From assembly GCA_031404115.1 (NCBI GenBank), contig JANNGX010000021.1, positions 1-59,762 on the forward strand: a DNA stretch of 59,762 nt, given 5' to 3'. The position numbers were made by a program, and so were the translations under genes. Below are positions 17,419 through 26,979 of the stretch, piece by piece; the first letter of the stretch is position 1, and every line of letters begins with the position of its first letter. Source of the stretch: Gemmatimonadales bacterium (GTDB lineage Bacteria > Gemmatimonadota > Gemmatimonadetes > Gemmatimonadales > GWC2-71-9). The notes beneath the pieces were generated by a model that saw only the letters and a program-made list of their open reading frames with translations, ran no database searches and had not been told where the DNA came from.

Positions 17419-19704
17419 TCACTCCCCGCCCCGCCGGCGGGGGCGGATGGCGTCGGCCCAGCCCATCTCGCGGAGCAGGCCGTCGAACTCAGGCGTTCCC
17501 CGTATCGAGTCGAAACCGGGCCAGTCGAGTGCCAGGGCGGGGAAGAGGGAATCCCGCTCGCGCACCGCCGCGCGCAGGTGATCGAAGGCCTCCGCCAGAT
17601 GACCGGCATTGAGCGCCGCCACGGCCTGCACCGGGCGCTGGACGTACTCCAGTGATGCCCGCCCCTTCACTTCGTGGTATACCGCTTGGGCGGTCTCCAT
17701 CGCGCCCGCCATTCCCGACGCAATCGACACGGCCATGAGAATCCAGGGGTGCCGCCCGAATTGGTGGCTCATCTGCCGGGCCGATGCGAGCACTTCCTCG
17801 TGACGCCCGAGGAGCGCGATGGTCATGAGGCGCACCCAATGGGCGTACAGCGAGCGTCCGTCCAGTTCCACCCCTCGATCCGCGAACGGCAGCGCAAGCG
17901 CCGCTCGGTGGCCGAACGTCAGAGACACCGCCATGCTGGTGTAGGCGTAGGAGCTCTGCGGATCCTGCGCGATGGCGGTCTCGAGCTCCCGTTCCGCGCC
18001 CTCCGCGTCCTGGCGGACGTAGGTCAGGTCGAAGACGCCCAGGAGGATGTGCGAGTCGGGATTGGACGGATCGAGCTCGATCGCCCGTTCCCACGACCGG
18101 CTGGCCTTGTCCCGGTCGTACTCGAACATCAGCGCGGTAAAGCCGATGGCGTGATGCGCCTCGGGCAGCTCCGGGTCCAGGTTCACGGCCCGGGCCGCCG
18201 CGGACAACGCGCGATCGCGCACCTGGCTCGACTGCGCCAGTCCCCAGAAGCTCGACAGCGCCAGCGCCTGCGCCAGCCCCGCATAGGCCAGAGCGAACTT
18301 CAGGTCGAGCGCGATGGTCTGCTCGAAGGCGTCGATCGCCCGCTGCAGCTCGGCGCCGCGGTGACGCATGGCGGCGCGGCCCTTGAGGTAAAGGTCATAG
18401 GCCTGGACGTTGCTGGTCGGTGGCTTGACCAGCTGCTCGGGCCCGCCGGTTCCCAGGGTCACCTTGAGCTTCGAGGCGATCGCGTTGGCGATCTCGTCCT
18501 GGATCGCAAAAATGTCGGTGAGCTCGCGGTCATACCGCTCGGACCAGAGGTGGTACCCGGTGGCCACTTCGATGAGCTGTGCCGTGATTCTGATTCGTCC
18601 GGCGGCCCGCCGGACACTCCCCTCCAGGATGGTACTCACTCCCAGCTTTTCCCCGATGGTTCGCAGGTCTTCGTTCTTGCCCTTGAACGAAAACGAGGAG
18701 GTCCGAGCCGCCACTTTGAGCCCGGGGAGCTGGGTCAGCGCGTTGATGATTTCCTCCGCCATCCCGTCACCGATGTATTCGGTGTCGGCTTCGATGCTCA
18801 TGCAGGCGAATGACAGCACGGCGATGGACTTCTCCAGCACGCCGCCCTGCGCCATCGCCGGCGCGCTGAGCGCCTCGGCAAAGCGGGCCGCAGTCTCGAA
18901 TCGGTCGGTCGGCGAACGCGCCATGGCCCGGTACACCGCCATATCGAGGCTGGCGGGCACCGCCGCGCGCCGGGCGGAGACCCGTGGTGGAGGTCGAGTA
19001 AACCGCTGGACCAGGACCGCCTCGGGCGTGCCGCCGGAAAAGGGCGGCTCTCCGGTGAGCATCTCGTACAGCACACAGGCGAGCGAATAGACATCGCTCC
19101 GGCCGTCGGCGTCGAGATCGCCGGACGCCTGTTCCGGGCTCATGTAGAGCGGAGTTCCCAATGAAAGGCCGGTTTGGGTGAGGCGCGGATCGGTCCCGGA
19201 GGCCGCGGCCCGCGCGATGCCGAAATCGACTACCAGCGCCCGGCCGTTCTCGAGCAGGATGTTCTCCGGCTTGATGTCCCGGTGAATCACGCCATGGTCG
19301 TGGGCGTAGGCGAGCGCACCGGCCACCTCGCGGGCGAGCCGCACTGCCTCCTCGACGGAAACCGGCGGCTCCCGATCCATGCGGGCGCGCAGCGATTCGC
19401 CCTCCACCAGCGGCATCACGTAGTAGAGCGCGCCTGCGGCCTCACCGGAATCGTACAGGGGCAGGATATGAGGATGGCGCAGCCGGGCGGTAACCCGGAT
19501 TTCTTGGTGGAATCGCTCTCCGCCGAGCAGCGCGCTCAGATCTGGATTGAGGACCTTGAGGGCGACGGGACGGTCGTGCCGGAGATCCTGGACCAGATAG
19601 ACCGTCGCCATGCCGCCGCGGCCGAGCTCGCGCTCGAGGCGGTAGCGATCCGCCAGCGCCGCCTTCAGCGCTTCGAAGGGAGAAGCTACACCCACGTCTG
19701 CCAC
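17419..19704 (-). CDS. Hanks-type Ser/Thr protein kinase with TolB-N-like and TPR-like C-terminal region
   Basis: GRGGMATVYLVQD, VALKVL, HRDIKPENILL, DFGIAR, GTPLYMSPEQ. A long helical-repeat C-terminus follows. Confidence 0.85.
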   Translation of the reverse strand: MADVGVASPFEALKAALADRYRLERELGRGGMATVYLVQDLRHDRPVALKVLNPDLSALLGGERFHQEIRVTARLRHPHILPLYDSGEAAGALYYVMPLVEGESLRARMDREPPVSVEEAVRLAREVAGALAYAHDHGVIHRDIKPENILLENGRALVVDFGIARAAASGTDPRLTQTGLSLGTPLYMSPEQASGDLDADGRSDVYSLACVLYEMLTGEPPFSGGTPEAVLVQRFTRPPPRVSARRAAVPASLDMAVYRAMARSPTDRFETAARFAEALSAPAMAQGGVLEKSIAVLSFACMSIEADTEYIGDGMAEEIINALTQLPGLKVAARTSSFSFKGKNEDLRTIGEKLGVSTILEGSVRRAAGRIRITAQLIEVATGYHLWSERYDRELTDIFAIQDEIANAIASKLKVTLGTGGPEQLVKPPTSNVQAYDLYLKGRAAMRHRGAELQRAIDAFEQTIALDLKFALAYAGLAQALALSSFWGLAQSSQVRDRALSAAARAVNLDPELPEAHHAIGFTALMFEYDRDKASRSWERAIELDPSNPDSHILLGVFDLTYVRQDAEGAERELETAIAQDPQSSYAYTSMAVSLTFGHRAALALPFADRGVELDGRSLYAHWVRLMTIALLGRHEEVLASARQMSHQFGRHPWILMAVSIASGMAGAMETAQAVYHEVKGRASLEYVQRPVQAVAALNAGHLAEAFDHLRAAVRERDSLFPALALDWPGFDSIRGTPEFDGLLREMGWADAIRPRRRGGE

Positions 19705-20208
19705 CCGATGAACTCCGCGTGTGAATCCGGCTCGTCGACGCCGGCGGCCCAGTCTTCGATCCTGCCGAACCGGAACACGGAGCGGAATCCGCTCGCCCGG
19801 GCCAGGGTTACGAAGTCTATCGGCTCGGCGCCGGACCGGCCCGCGGGCGCACCCGGCGTCGGCTGTGCTCCGGTGACCTCGTACACGCCGTTGTCGAGGA
19901 GCAACGTCACCAGATTCGCCGGGGCACAGGCGGTGATGGTGATGAGCGACCCCAAATTCATGAGCATCCCGCCGTCACCGTTCAGCACGAACAACCCTTC
20001 TGTCCGGACGCGCCAGAGCCATCCTTAGTCCCAGCGAGGTGGCCTGGCCCATGCTCGAGGGGACGAAGATCCAGTCGAGTGGATGGGTTCCGAGGGCCAT
20101 CCACTCGCGCGCCGCGCCCATGGTGGACACCACGACGTCGCCATCGCGCCGCACGGTGCGGAGCGCCCGGAGCGCGTCCACCAGCGACATGCCAGGCGCT
20201 CCGCTCAC
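19686..20208 (-). pseudogene. TPP-dependent sulfopyruvate/phosphonopyruvate decarboxylase beta-subunit-like gene, frameshifted near 19990
   Basis: Track ORF 19975..20208 (...SSMGQATSLGLRMALARPDRRVV) and ORF 19686..19994 (FVLNGDGGMLMNLGSLITI...NGVYEVTG) together form one TPP-binding domain (GDG...N motif). They lie in different frames, and one extra base separates DRR from LFVLNGDG. Confidence 0.55.
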
Positions 20209-20689
20209 GTCCGCCCCTCGGCGATGAGGAGCGTGGCGGGCTCCCCCGCGAGCCGCAGTCGTGGAGGTGCCGTACCATCTCGGGGTACTGGCCCGCGTCG
20301 ACGATGAGCCGACAGTCGATCTGCCAGGCTCGGAGGATCGGCTCGGTGAAGACGAGGCAGGTGTCGCCGGGGAGCGTTTCCTGATTCAGATAGCTCCGAT
20401 AGCCGATGATGGATGGGATGGGGAGCTTCCAGTCGTGCAACATATTCCTCAGCGCATCGCCCGACTCGAACAGGCCGGTGCACTCTATCATGACGAGCGG
20501 CGCCGCCCCGCCCAGATACAGTCCACCCGCGACGGCCCAGGCCTCGCCCTCACGGCATACCCGGATCAATGTGAGCCCACTTATCTCGATGGCGGCTTCC
20601 CATTGGCCGAGGGTGGAATCCGGAACGCTGACGACGTGTGTGATGCCGGCGCCGCGCAGGAGGGAGACGATCTGATCGCCGGTGAACAT
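20205..20689 (-). pseudogene. TPP-dependent decarboxylase alpha-subunit-like gene, frameshifted near 20255
   Basis: MFTGDQIVSLLRGAGITHVVSVPDS...REGEAWAVAGG...IECTGL is a good PYR domain up to ...EMVRHLH. A plausible C-terminus, RLRLAGEPATLLIAEGRT*, is then found in another frame (track ORF 20205..20483). The original frame continues as Arg/Ser/Pro junk across the beta gene. Confidence 0.5.
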
Positions 20690-20710
20690 TCGATGAGCGC
20701 CCGGTACCCT

Positions 20711-21688
20711 TCACACCCCGAGCAGCTGTGCGGCGTTCCCGCCCAGGATTCTGGCCTCATCGGCCTTGGGAAGGCCGAGCGACCTGATACTGGAAAACAT
20801 GCGGGGAATGCTGCCGATCTGGTGGGGATAGTCACTGCCCGCCAGGATCTGGCCGACACCGGCAAACTCGATGGCGAGACGGATCGCCTTGGGGTCGAAG
20901 TTGACGGTGTCGTAGAAGAACTTCTTGAGATGCACGCTCGGCGGCTGCTTCAGATCCTTCCGGCAGTCCGCAAACATTTCGAAGCCTCGGTCCAGCCGCT
21001 CCACGAGGTAGGGAATCGTACCGCCCAGGTGGCCGAGCACCCAGCGGATGCCGGGGAACCGCTCGGGAATTCCGGCGAAGACGAGATGCGCCGCCGCCAG
21101 CGTCGTGTCGAAGAGGAATCCGACCAGCGGCATCAGCCAGTACGCCTGCATCGCCTCCACGCCAAGCGGAAAGGTGGGGTGGATGTACAGCACCGCGCCG
21201 GCGTTGCTGGCCCGCTCCCAGAGCGGCCAGAAGCGCCGGTCCGCGAGCGGCGTGCCGTTCACATTGCCCATCAACATCACGCCTTTGAAGCCCAGCGAAT
21301 GGATGCGCTCGAACTCGACCACCGATTCGGCGGGATCGTTGAGCGGGAGCGTAGCAAGGGCGGTGAAACGATTGCCGCGTGCCGCCATGATCTCGGCCAG
21401 CGCATCGTTCACCAGCTTCGCCAGCGTCACCGAGCGCGAAGGCGTCTCCAGCAGCGTGCCGGGACAGGTGAGCGAGATGAGCTGGCGGTCTACCCCTTCC
21501 TGGTCGAGCACCGCTTCACGATAGGCGATATCACGATGACCCGGAACCGCGATGTTCGCATCCCCCGGAGAGTAGAGCACCGGATTGCCGTCGGCGTCGT
21601 CCCGGACCGCAAGCCGGCTGCCTCCCTTCCGGAGGGCATCGAGAAACGCGGGCGGGTAGTAGTGATTGTGGACGTCGATGACGGTCAT
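20711..21688 (-). CDS. ACMSD-like amidohydrolase-2 family decarboxylase/hydrolase
   Basis: Trimmed to ATG 21688 (MTVIDVHNHYYPPAFLDAL), which overlaps the permease stop (ATGA). HPTFP, GHLGG and GSDYPH motifs are typical of the ACMSD/amidohydrolase-2 family. Confidence 0.75.
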   Translation of the reverse strand: MTVIDVHNHYYPPAFLDALRKGGSRLAVRDDADGNPVLYSPGDANIAVPGHRDIAYREAVLDQEGVDRQLISLTCPGTLLETPSRSVTLAKLVNDALAEIMAARGNRFTALATLPLNDPAESVVEFERIHSLGFKGVMLMGNVNGTPLADRRFWPLWERASNAGAVLYIHPTFPLGVEAMQAYWLMPLVGFLFDTTLAAAHLVFAGIPERFPGIRWVLGHLGGTIPYLVERLDRGFEMFADCRKDLKQPPSVHLKKFFYDTVNFDPKAIRLAIEFAGVGQILAGSDYPHQIGSIPRMFSSIRSLGLPKADEARILGGNAAQLLGV

Positions 21689-23007
21689 GGCAGAGCCCGG
21701 GGCGCAAGGCCCTTCCGGGCCCAGAGGAAATAGACGGGAAGGCCGAGCAGCACCAGCCCCAGGCCCTTGAGGGTGCTCACCGGGTCGGTGTAGATCCGGT
21801 TTGCCACCACGGTGAACGCAGCCACGGCGAAGAGGGCCGGCAGCAGCGGATAGCCCCAGACCGAGTACTCCCGCCGGAGGCGTGGCCGTCGCCGCAGCAG
21901 GAAGAGGCCGATCGCCATCATGCCGAAGAAAATCCACTCGGTGTAGATCACCTGCAGAAACAGGGTCCGAAACTCACTCAGCGCCACCAGGACGGACGCC
22001 CACCCCGCCTGTAGGACGATCGCGCGATGCGGCGTCTGGAAACGGGGATGCACCGCACCGGCCCAGCGAAACAGCAGACCGTCCTTGGCCATCGCGAGGT
22101 AGACCCGCGGCCCGGCCAGGATGATCCCGGCGAGCCCACCGAAGGTGGAGAACATCACGATCGCCGAGACGGCGGCGGCGGCGCCGCGGCCGAGGAGCCG
22201 ATCGGCCAGGTCGGCGGCGACGCGGGTCGAGGCGGCAACCTGGTCGAGCGGCAACACGTAGAGATACACGGCGTTCATCAGCAGGTACGCCGCGGTCACG
22301 ATCAGTGTGCCGAGCAGGAGTGCGCGGGGGATGGTCCGGGTCGGGTTGACGGTTTCTTCCGAGCTGTAAGTCACCATCTGCCAGCCGCCGAACGCGAAGA
22401 GTCCCGCCACCAGCGCGGTGAGAAAATCACTGGCGGTAGTCGCGCGCGCCGTGGCGGGGCCGACGAAGTGCTCGCTCACTCGGCCTCCCAATGCGAAGCC
22501 CACGCCGACGATCAGCGCGACCGCGATCAGCTTCCCGGCGGTGAATGCCGTCTGGAGGCGGCTGCCCTGTGTGACGCCCAGGTAATTGATCAGGGAGAGC
22601 AGGAGAATAACACCGATTGCCACGAGCTTGGTGCCGGTCGCGTCCAGCGGGACCAGGTACCCGGTGTACCGCGCGAACACCACCGCGATAACGGCGATGA
22701 TCCCGGAGTGCACGCTCCAGAACATCGCCCAGCCCCACAGAAAGCCAAGCCAGGGGCCGTATTGTTCGGTGAGATAGACGTAGACGCCGCCGTTGCGGCT
22801 GAAGGTGGAGGCCAGCTCCGCGGTGACCAGCGCGCCGATCAGGGTGAGCGCCCCGGCAAGCAGCCAGACCGCCAGCACCCCCCCGATGGATGGCACGCCT
22901 CTGGTTACCTCCGAGGGCTGCACGAAGATCGACGCGCCGATGATGGTCCCCACCACCATCGCGGTGGCGTGGGGGAGCCGGATGACTCGTCGGAGATTGG
23001 CGCTCAA
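21685..23007 (-). CDS. APC-superfamily amino acid permease
   Basis: About 12 hydrophobic spans. N-terminal LPHATAMVVGTIIGASIFVQPS is typical of APC transporters. The TTG start overlaps the upstream stop (TTGA 23004-23007). Confidence 0.8.
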   Translation of the reverse strand: MSANLRRVIRLPHATAMVVGTIIGASIFVQPSEVTRGVPSIGGVLAVWLLAGALTLIGALVTAELASTFSRNGGVYVYLTEQYGPWLGFLWGWAMFWSVHSGIIAVIAVVFARYTGYLVPLDATGTKLVAIGVILLLSLINYLGVTQGSRLQTAFTAGKLIAVALIVGVGFALGGRVSEHFVGPATARATTASDFLTALVAGLFAFGGWQMVTYSSEETVNPTRTIPRALLLGTLIVTAAYLLMNAVYLYVLPLDQVAASTRVAADLADRLLGRGAAAAVSAIVMFSTFGGLAGIILAGPRVYLAMAKDGLLFRWAGAVHPRFQTPHRAIVLQAGWASVLVALSEFRTLFLQVIYTEWIFFGMMAIGLFLLRRRPRLRREYSVWGYPLLPALFAVAAFTVVANRIYTDPVSTLKGLGLVLLGLPVYFLWARKGLAPRALP

Positions 23008-23675
23008 CGCGCTGCCCGACGCCGCGCGACGATCAGCACCGAGATCTCGTCCAGGCGCGCATTCACGAAGTCGAGTCGCACCCGCCCATCGGCCGTAAGC
23101 GACACTGTTGCCGGGACCGCGCTGTGAGTCAGGTACCAGCCATCCGGGAGGACCACGGCGTTGGTTGGCCGGCCGAAACTCCGATCCCAGATCAGCTCGT
23201 CTCCCTCCACGCGGTAGCGGACCGAATCGGTGTAGGTCTCCGAGATCCGGAGCCGCAGCGATTGGCCCCTTCCTACCGCGGGGAAAGGGATCACCACGAC
23301 CTCGGTCTCCGGTTTTACCGGCTCCCCGATGTCGAGGCCATCGAGGGTTATCTGGCCTCCCTTGAGAAATCGGGTCTTGAGCTTTTCACCGGTGTCCAGG
23401 ATGAAGGCCGACGGATTTGACACCCTGCTCCCGGTCCGGACGACGTTGACGTATTTGTCGGCGCCCTCTCGTGTTTCGGTGTAGTCGTGGTAAAGGTCGA
23501 AGGCATGGGTCTCGGGCTGGCGCAGGAAATAGACGATATCGCGGGTCTGGGCGGCCCGCTCGCCAAGGCGGGATCCGAGCGCTGCCGAGCCCCGGGTGGG
23601 GGTCTGCTGCGCTTGCCCGTGGGTCGCGAGGATCAGTGTAATCGTCAGGGCCTGCAGGGCCCGCAACCGGCTCAT
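23004..23675 (-). CDS. Secreted hypothetical protein (paralog B)
   Basis: Signal peptide MSRLRALQALTITLILATHGQAQQ. Clear paralog of the upstream gene. The ATG overlaps the upstream stop (ATGA 23672-23675). Confidence 0.65.
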   Translation of the reverse strand: MSRLRALQALTITLILATHGQAQQTPTRGSAALGSRLGERAAQTRDIVYFLRQPETHAFDLYHDYTETREGADKYVNVVRTGSRVSNPSAFILDTGEKLKTRFLKGGQITLDGLDIGEPVKPETEVVVIPFPAVGRGQSLRLRISETYTDSVRYRVEGDELIWDRSFGRPTNAVVLPDGWYLTHSAVPATVSLTADGRVRLDFVNARLDEISVLIVARRRAAR

Positions 23676-24313
23676 GGCCGAATCCTCCGGGCCCGCAGCA
23701 CCAGGGACGCCGCATCCGGCCCGTCGTTCATGAAGCTGATGAGCGTCCGTCCGGTGGGCTCGGTCAGTACCTGCGACGGCACGTTGCAGCCGATCAGCTC
23801 ATAGCCGGCCGGAAGGACCACCGCGTTCCGCCTGATGCCGAGCGATCGGGAGAAGACCAGGGTTTCGCCGTCGAGGTAATAGCTCGTGGGATCCTCATAG
23901 GTCTTGTCGATCAGGATCCGGACCTGGCCCTCGGCCGGCACCGGGCGAGGCAATTCGACCCGGATATATCGCGACCCGGTGTCCGCGCTCGCGTGCCCGG
24001 CGGCGCGCGCCGTGGCTCCGTCCACCTCTTCGAATCGCAGTGGGCGGCCGGTGGCGCGGTCGAATACCGCCTCGTCGCTCGCCACGCTGCCCTTCCGAAT
24101 CGGATTGAAAAAGTATCGTGCGCCTGGGGTGGTGGCCCAGACCTCGTAGAGGATGCGGAACTTGCCGCCTCCCGGTACGAGCAGCTCGTAACGCGTGTAC
24201 TCGCCGGCGGAGGTCTGGCGGGGCGGAATTTGAGCGCACAGGTCGACGAACGGAGCCCCGGCCAGCAGGAACGCCACCGCGCCGGCCAGCGGCAACCTTC
24301 TCCGCGCGTTCAT
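23672..24313 (-). CDS. Secreted hypothetical protein (paralog A)
   Basis: Signal peptide MNARRRLPLAGAVAFLLAGAPFVDLCAQ. The ATG overlaps the kinase stop (ATGA 24310-24313). No family recognised. Confidence 0.65.
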   Translation of the reverse strand: MNARRRLPLAGAVAFLLAGAPFVDLCAQIPPRQTSAGEYTRYELLVPGGGKFRILYEVWATTPGARYFFNPIRKGSVASDEAVFDRATGRPLRFEEVDGATARAAGHASADTGSRYIRVELPRPVPAEGQVRILIDKTYEDPTSYYLDGETLVFSRSLGIRRNAVVLPAGYELIGCNVPSQVLTEPTGRTLISFMNDGPDAASLVLRARRIRP

Positions 24314-26979
24314 CGAGTGACGCTCCGCGCCGGCCCGTCCCCGCGCAGCGTCGAGGTCCAGTCGAGCGCGACCACAATCTGGGCGACGTCGCCGGTTAGT
24401 TCGAGCATCAGGAAGTGCTTGCCGTCAGGCGTCACGTCGAAGTTTGCGTGCAGGAGATCGCCGAGGAAATCGGATTCGAACAGCACCTCGCGACGAATGG
24501 GCGCGAATCCAGGCGACACCCGTACCGTTGCGGCGACCAGTTGCTGGCCGTTCCGGAAAAAGATCCGGTCGCCCGAGCGAGCCCAGATCGGCTCCGTGCC
24601 GCCGTCTGACGAAACCTTCCACCGTCCTCCCGGCCCGGGGAAGGGGCGGACGTAGACTTCCAGCGCCCCCGACTCGTCCGAAGTGTATGCCAGCCAGCGG
24701 CCATCCGGAGAGAGCCGGGGAACCGACTCGTCGAATTCGCTGGTGAGAATTGGCTGCGGCTTCCGGTCGCCGTCGAGCGAGACCGAATAGATGTCGCGTC
24801 GGCCCATTCCACCTGATACCGGCGCGCTTCGGTACACCAAGGTTCGGCCGTCCGGGGTCAGCACGCCCTCGTGCGGACCATCCGTCGTCTCGAACAATGG
24901 CTCGGCGGCGCCACTGCCGTCGTACGGCTGCCACCAGAACGACGACGAACCCTTGCCCCGGTCCGATCGAAAGAGGATTCGTTGTCCATCCGGCGACCAT
25001 TCGGGACGATCGTTGTTACCGCCAGAGGTCAGCGGGGTAAGCGTCTTGGTGGCGAGCTCGTAGGTCCAGATGTTGGTCGACTGGCCGATGATGTCGAACG
25101 CGATTCGATGGCCGTCAGGCGAGAACCGCGGATGGCCGAACACCCGCTGTTCATCCAGAAGCGGGCGGGACACACCATGGGCGTCTACCATCACGAGGCG
25201 GCTCTGGTTGGCACCTCGAACGTAAACCAGCGAGCCGGCGTCGCTGACCGCGATCTTCCCGGCCCCGCCACCGTCGAGGGCTATCCCTTCAAGCACCGGG
25301 AGGGGAGCCCCCGTCAGGCGACGCCGTTTCACGTCGAACGGCACCGCCATGACGGTACCATCGGCACGGAGATAGAGTAGCCGGCCGTCGAAGACGCCCA
25401 GCGGAAAGGTGCCGGGGAGGTCGAGCACCGTGAACTCGCCCGTGACGAGAGACGCGACGCCGATGCGGGCGCTCGCGAGCCCCCCTCCCCAGCTCGTAAA
25501 CAACACGGTCGTGCCGTCAGCCAGCGGGCGCGGATACCGATGCATCATGTCGGCCTTGTCATGGCCCGGCTTCGTGAACGGCCGGAGGGTGCCGCCCGAT
25601 GCCGGAACCAGATTCATTCCCGCCTGGTTTGACGTGGAGGAGATGATGATCTGGTCTCCGGGTCCCCAGGCTGCTCCACCCGGCAGGATATTTTCGGCAA
25701 GCATGACGACGGTGCCGCCGCCCACGGGAACCTTGAACAACCTTCGCGTGGCGAGATTGAGAAAACCGATCCAGCGTCCGTCGGGCGAGAAGAACGGGGC
25801 CGACGCGGCGAATGTTCCGGGCAGCGGCCGGGCGGCAAGATCGGCCAGTGACCTGACGTAGAGCTGCCGAGGTCCCGCGTCGGCCACGTACACCACGGTG
25901 CGGCCGTCGGGTGAAATCGCGATCGGACTGGGAGCGAAGTCCGAGAGCCGCTCCACCTGGGGAAAATTGAGCGTGAAGCGCACGGGAACCGGGGGGGCCG
26001 GCGCGTGGCCGCGCGCCCAGAGCCACACAAAGGCGCCCGAGGCCAGCAGGGTGGTCCCGGCGAGGAGCCAGGTGAGTCGGGCCAGGCGACGATCCCGGCT
26101 CGCGATGCGGGGTGTGCCGCGGATTCCGAGTGACCGTCGCCCCGGCTCTTCCTGTGATAACGCGGCCCCGAACTCCGCGGCCGAGGCGAACCGGTCTGCC
26201 GGGAGTTTCTCCAGCGCGGTCAGCACGGCAGCCTCGACCGACTCGGGGACGCTCTTTCGCTGCGGCCCGATCGGCCGTGGCGCCTCGGACATCACTCGGG
26301 CCACGATCGCCTGCACGCTCGAGCCGGTGAAGGGCGGGTCGCCGGTCAGCATCTCATAGGTCACCGCCCCCAACGCGTAGACGTCGGAGCGCGCCGTGAT
26401 CTCCCGCGCGCCCATCGCCTGCTCGGGGCTCATGTATTGCGGGGTGCCCAGGGAGAGTCCGGTCTGAGTCATCCGCTGCCCTCCGGCGCTCTGCACCGCT
26501 AGCGCAATCCCGAAGTCAGCCACCAGGGCGCGGCCGTCGTGGAGCAGGATGTTCTCCGGCTTGATATCACGGTGGATCACGCCGTGACGATGGGCGTAGT
26601 CGAGGGCGCCGGCGACTTCCTTTGCGAACCGGACCGCGTCGGGCACCGGCAGCTGTTTCTCCAGCGTCAGCCGGGCCCGAAGGGTCTCGCCCTCAACGAG
26701 GGGCATGACGTAAAAGAGCAGGCCGTCCGCAGCGCCGCTGTCGAACAGCGGCAGGATATGAGGGTGCTGCAGCGCGGCGGTGGTCTTGATCTCGGCCAGG
26801 AATCGCTCGGCGCCTATCACTGCCGACAGTTCCGGATGCAGGACCTTGATAGCCACCGGGCGGTCGTGCCGGAGATCATGCGCCAGATACACCGTCGCCA
26901 TGCCGCCCGCGCCGAGCTCACGGTCGAGGCGGTAGCGGTCGGCGAGGGCTCGGGTGAGTCGCTCGGGGATGTGCGCCAT
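24310..26979 (-). CDS. Hanks-type Ser/Thr protein kinase with one TM segment and TolB/PD40 beta-propeller C-terminus
   Basis: GAGGMATVYLAHD, VAIKVL, HRDIKPENILL, DFGIAL, GTPQYMSPEQ. TM segment LTWLLAGTTLLASGAFVWLW. Repeated SPDGR/FSPDG (PD40) motifs. Confidence 0.85.
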   Translation of the reverse strand: MAHIPERLTRALADRYRLDRELGAGGMATVYLAHDLRHDRPVAIKVLHPELSAVIGAERFLAEIKTTAALQHPHILPLFDSGAADGLLFYVMPLVEGETLRARLTLEKQLPVPDAVRFAKEVAGALDYAHRHGVIHRDIKPENILLHDGRALVADFGIALAVQSAGGQRMTQTGLSLGTPQYMSPEQAMGAREITARSDVYALGAVTYEMLTGDPPFTGSSVQAIVARVMSEAPRPIGPQRKSVPESVEAAVLTALEKLPADRFASAAEFGAALSQEEPGRRSLGIRGTPRIASRDRRLARLTWLLAGTTLLASGAFVWLWARGHAPAPPVPVRFTLNFPQVERLSDFAPSPIAISPDGRTVVYVADAGPRQLYVRSLADLAARPLPGTFAASAPFFSPDGRWIGFLNLATRRLFKVPVGGGTVVMLAENILPGGAAWGPGDQIIISSTSNQAGMNLVPASGGTLRPFTKPGHDKADMMHRYPRPLADGTTVLFTSWGGGLASARIGVASLVTGEFTVLDLPGTFPLGVFDGRLLYLRADGTVMAVPFDVKRRRLTGAPLPVLEGIALDGGGAGKIAVSDAGSLVYVRGANQSRLVMVDAHGVSRPLLDEQRVFGHPRFSPDGHRIAFDIIGQSTNIWTYELATKTLTPLTSGGNNDRPEWSPDGQRILFRSDRGKGSSSFWWQPYDGSGAAEPLFETTDGPHEGVLTPDGRTLVYRSAPVSGGMGRRDIYSVSLDGDRKPQPILTSEFDESVPRLSPDGRWLAYTSDESGALEVYVRPFPGPGGRWKVSSDGGTEPIWARSGDRIFFRNGQQLVAATVRVSPGFAPIRREVLFESDFLGDLLHANFDVTPDGKHFLMLELTGDVAQIVVALDWTSTLRGDGPARSVTR

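Noticed and set aside
19975-19994. Programmed ribosomal frameshifting in the TPP decarboxylase genes
   Set aside because: I found no slippery heptamer or obvious downstream structure at either junction. Two independent shifts in about 1 kb fit decay or sequencing error better.
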